DNA of 50,039 nucleotides from an uncultured Candidatus Saccharibacteria bacterium (lineage in GTDB: Bacteria; Patescibacteriota; Dojkabacteria; SC72; JAFGCJ01). The position numbers were made by a program, and so were the translations under genes. Shown one piece after another: positions 47,987 through 50,039 of the stretch (within the stretch, counting starts at the first letter, position 1; the number at the start of each line of letters is the position of its first letter). Location of the stretch: the NCBI GenBank assembly GCA_964481345.1, contig CAYZTC010000008.1:1-50039 (forward strand), in the 5' to 3' direction. The notes beneath the pieces are model-generated. The model did not search any database and was not told the origin of the DNA. It saw only the letters and a list, made by a program, of their open reading frames with translations.

Positions 47987-48874
47987 ATGGCAAGAAAAAC
48001 ATCCAAATCTAGGATGCTGCCAAAGATTGATCCTCAAGATCCTCACAGGACAGATTTTCTTAGTGGTACTTTTGTAATTGCTGGTTTGACTATAGTTGCA
48101 CTTGTAATACTCATATTCACAATTTCAAAAATACCATACCGGGTTGATCCTAATCTTCCAATTCCTACCCTAGACAGCATTGATTCTCACACAAATGAGG
48201 AAACAGTAATTATAACAGGAGATGGAATTCCGGGAGAAAAGATTTCACTTTACATCAACGATAAACTGCAAAATCAAACAACAACTGTAGATGAGTTTGG
48301 AACATTTGAGTTTCCTGAACTACCCATCGAAGAAGAAGGAGAATACAAATATGAGGCTGCGACCGTAAGAGGTACAATCCTTAAAAAGAGAAGTGAACTA
48401 TCAAATAAAGTTATTGCAGTGGTCGACAGAACTCCACCTTCAAAAGACATCTCACTTGTCTATCCGGAAGAAACAGATATTGACGAAGCCATTATTTCTG
48501 GAACAGCGGAAAAAAATTCCTATGTGATACTAGAAAAGGGAGTAGATGAATACGAAACGAAAACCAACTTAGAAGGATTCTTTCAGTTTGAAAATATACC
48601 TCTTTCTGATGGGGAAAATGTATTTTATGTTAGTATCAAAGACGAAGCTGGAAATGAAGTACTCTCTTCAAACCAGGCAAAGGTGATGTATACGCCCGGA
48701 ACAGTCGACGGAGATGGTGTTTACTCTGACTTGCCAGAATCTGCTGGTGAACTAGATAAAGCACTTCAAACACTATTAAATCATAAACTTATGCTTGTAT
48801 TCGGAATTGCAGCATTAATACTTACATCAATTAGTACTGTAGGAGTATACATTTATAAAGTAAAGAAAGTTTAA
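47987..48874 (+). CDS. Ig-like domain surface protein with an LPESAG sorting-signal-like C-terminus
   Basis: N-terminal TM, two Ig-like domains (DRTPP, DEAGN), LPESAG, TM, KVKKV. Confidence 0.75.
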   Translation: MARKTSKSRMLPKIDPQDPHRTDFLSGTFVIAGLTIVALVILIFTISKIPYRVDPNLPIPTLDSIDSHTNEETVIITGDGIPGEKISLYINDKLQNQTTTVDEFGTFEFPELPIEEEGEYKYEAATVRGTILKKRSELSNKVIAVVDRTPPSKDISLVYPEETDIDEAIISGTAEKNSYVILEKGVDEYETKTNLEGFFQFENIPLSDGENVFYVSIKDEAGNEVLSSNQAKVMYTPGTVDGDGVYSDLPESAGELDKALQTLLNHKLMLVFGIAALILTSISTVGVYIYKVKKV

Positions 48875-48920
48875 CTATAACCTGGTATAATTTCCGAGTT
48901 ATTACTTTTGACTCGGACAG

Positions 48921-49532
48921 GTGAAAAAAATATTTTGGAAAATTGGAAAAAATCTCCATTGGATACTTATCATCTTTCTTGCGCTATACGTAATACTCCC
49001 AGTACTATCTCCTATTCTTTTTAAGCTTGGACTTGATAGATTTGGATGGTACATTCAGACATTTTATAGAGTACTATGTCACCAAAGACCGGAACGCTCA
49101 ATTTTTCTATTTGGAGATAAATTTGCTTACTCTCTAGAAGAGTTGAGAAAACATGGGTACAACGGCATCTTCTTTGGATATCCTTTTATTGGAAACGAGG
49201 AAATTGGATACAAAATGGCATTTTGTTCAAGAGACTTATTTATGTATTCAGCTACTACAATCTCTGCATTTTTCATATCAATATATCCCAAAAGAATACA
49301 GATAAAATGGTGGGTACTGGCACTACTCTTTTCTCCAATGATCATTGATGGAACAATTCAATTAGTTTCAGAAATCTCCTTCGTAATGAATCCAGAGTTA
49401 CTTGGATCCCTTGAATCTCCTTATTATTTAAGTGATAATCTCATCAGAGCAATAACCGGCACTCTTTTTGGGGTAGGAACAGGTTTATTCCTATTTTCCG
49501 AACTAAAAGCCGCAATAAAATCTGAAGACTAA
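48921..49532 (+). CDS. DUF2085-like membrane protein
   Basis: CHQRPERS, CSRD..MY, PMIIDG..Q, S.N..R.ITG.LFG. Confidence 0.85.
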   Translation: MKKIFWKIGKNLHWILIIFLALYVILPVLSPILFKLGLDRFGWYIQTFYRVLCHQRPERSIFLFGDKFAYSLEELRKHGYNGIFFGYPFIGNEEIGYKMAFCSRDLFMYSATTISAFFISIYPKRIQIKWWVLALLFSPMIIDGTIQLVSEISFVMNPELLGSLESPYYLSDNLIRAITGTLFGVGTGLFLFSELKAAIKSED

Positions 49533-49536
49533 GAAA

Positions 49537-50039
49537 ATGTCTGCAAAAAAGGTAACAGTCGAAATCAGCCCAAGCACAATAGTATCAGCAATAGGAATAT
49601 TCTTGTTCACATACTTTCTTTTCCTAATCAGGAATGTACTTGCAATGATCCTGATATCATTTATCATTTCCTCCGCATTTTCACCAATAATAAATTTACT
49701 CACTAAAAGAAAGGTTCCAAAAGGTCTAGCCATTACTGTTGTTTACCTACTTTCTCTCATAATTGTCATAACACTTATTTCAATCATTTCTGTCCCACTT
49801 GCTAAGGAGATTTTGAGATTACTAAATAATTTACCCAACACAATTATTGGAGTTGCAGATCAGCTATCATCACTTGGCGTTGATTCAGATTTACTTGGCA
49901 TAGAATTACTTTCATCAAATATAGAAAACTGGGCATCAGCACTTTCTCAAAATCTGGGAAATATTATCTCAGTGGGAGCAAGTGGAATATCTGGTGCAAC
50001 AAGAATATTAAGTGGGTTATTCGGCGGGCTACTTACCTT
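49537..50039 (+). CDS. AI-2E family transporter (runs off the window end)
   Basis: Translated by hand: MSAKKVTVEISPSTI...SAFSPIINLLTKRKVPKGLAI; open to the end; not in the ORF track. Confidence 0.85.
   Translation, partial: MSAKKVTVEISPSTIVSAIGIFLFTYFLFLIRNVLAMILISFIISSAFSPIINLLTKRKVPKGLAITVVYLLSLIIVITLISIISVPLAKEILRLLNNLPNTIIGVADQLSSLGVDSDLLGIELLSSNIENWASALSQNLGNIISVGASGISGATRILSGLFGGLLT

Noticed and set aside
903-49733. Numerous 60-160 aa ORFs antisense to or nested in long genes
   Set aside because: Shadow frames of well-supported genes with no motifs.

Overview
Low-GC chromosomal window from a small-genome bacterium, most consistent with Patescibacteria/CPR (inference from a trigger factor without the FKBP domain, a ThrS without the TGS domain, sortases, and starts lacking Shine-Dalgarno sites); standard genetic code. 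It holds housekeeping genes (tsaC-tsaE fusion, leuS, murC, mutL, 2-oxoacid:ferredoxin oxidoreductase, a dcw cluster mraZ-rsmH-ftsL-ftsI-mur-like-ECF sigma-mraY, class A PBP, thrS-infC-rpmI-rplT-pheS-pheT, clpP, tig, lemA) and six tRNAs (Phe-GAA, Val-TAC, Leu-GAG, Trp-CCA, Gln-TTG, Val-GAC). The most unusual signals are: (1) tiny 23-30 bp palindromic insertions at tRNA ends with the architecture X-CTYG-revcomp(X)-core-X, where X matches the local target; (2) a tRNA-Val(GAC) gene surrounded by four interrupted fragments of itself and a 129-bp duplication; (3) a purely synonymously recoded copy of a sortase gene's last 10 codons just downstream of the gene; (4) an operon of a tiny sorting-signal peptide, a processive GT2 and a sortase; (5) a split Schlafen/AlbA_2 gene pair behind tRNA-Val(TAC); (6) a collapsed uvrB relic, three accessory genes broken by single lesions, and pervasive near-leaderless promoters. 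No transposase, integrase, CRISPR array or rRNA was seen. All calls are by eye, without database searches.
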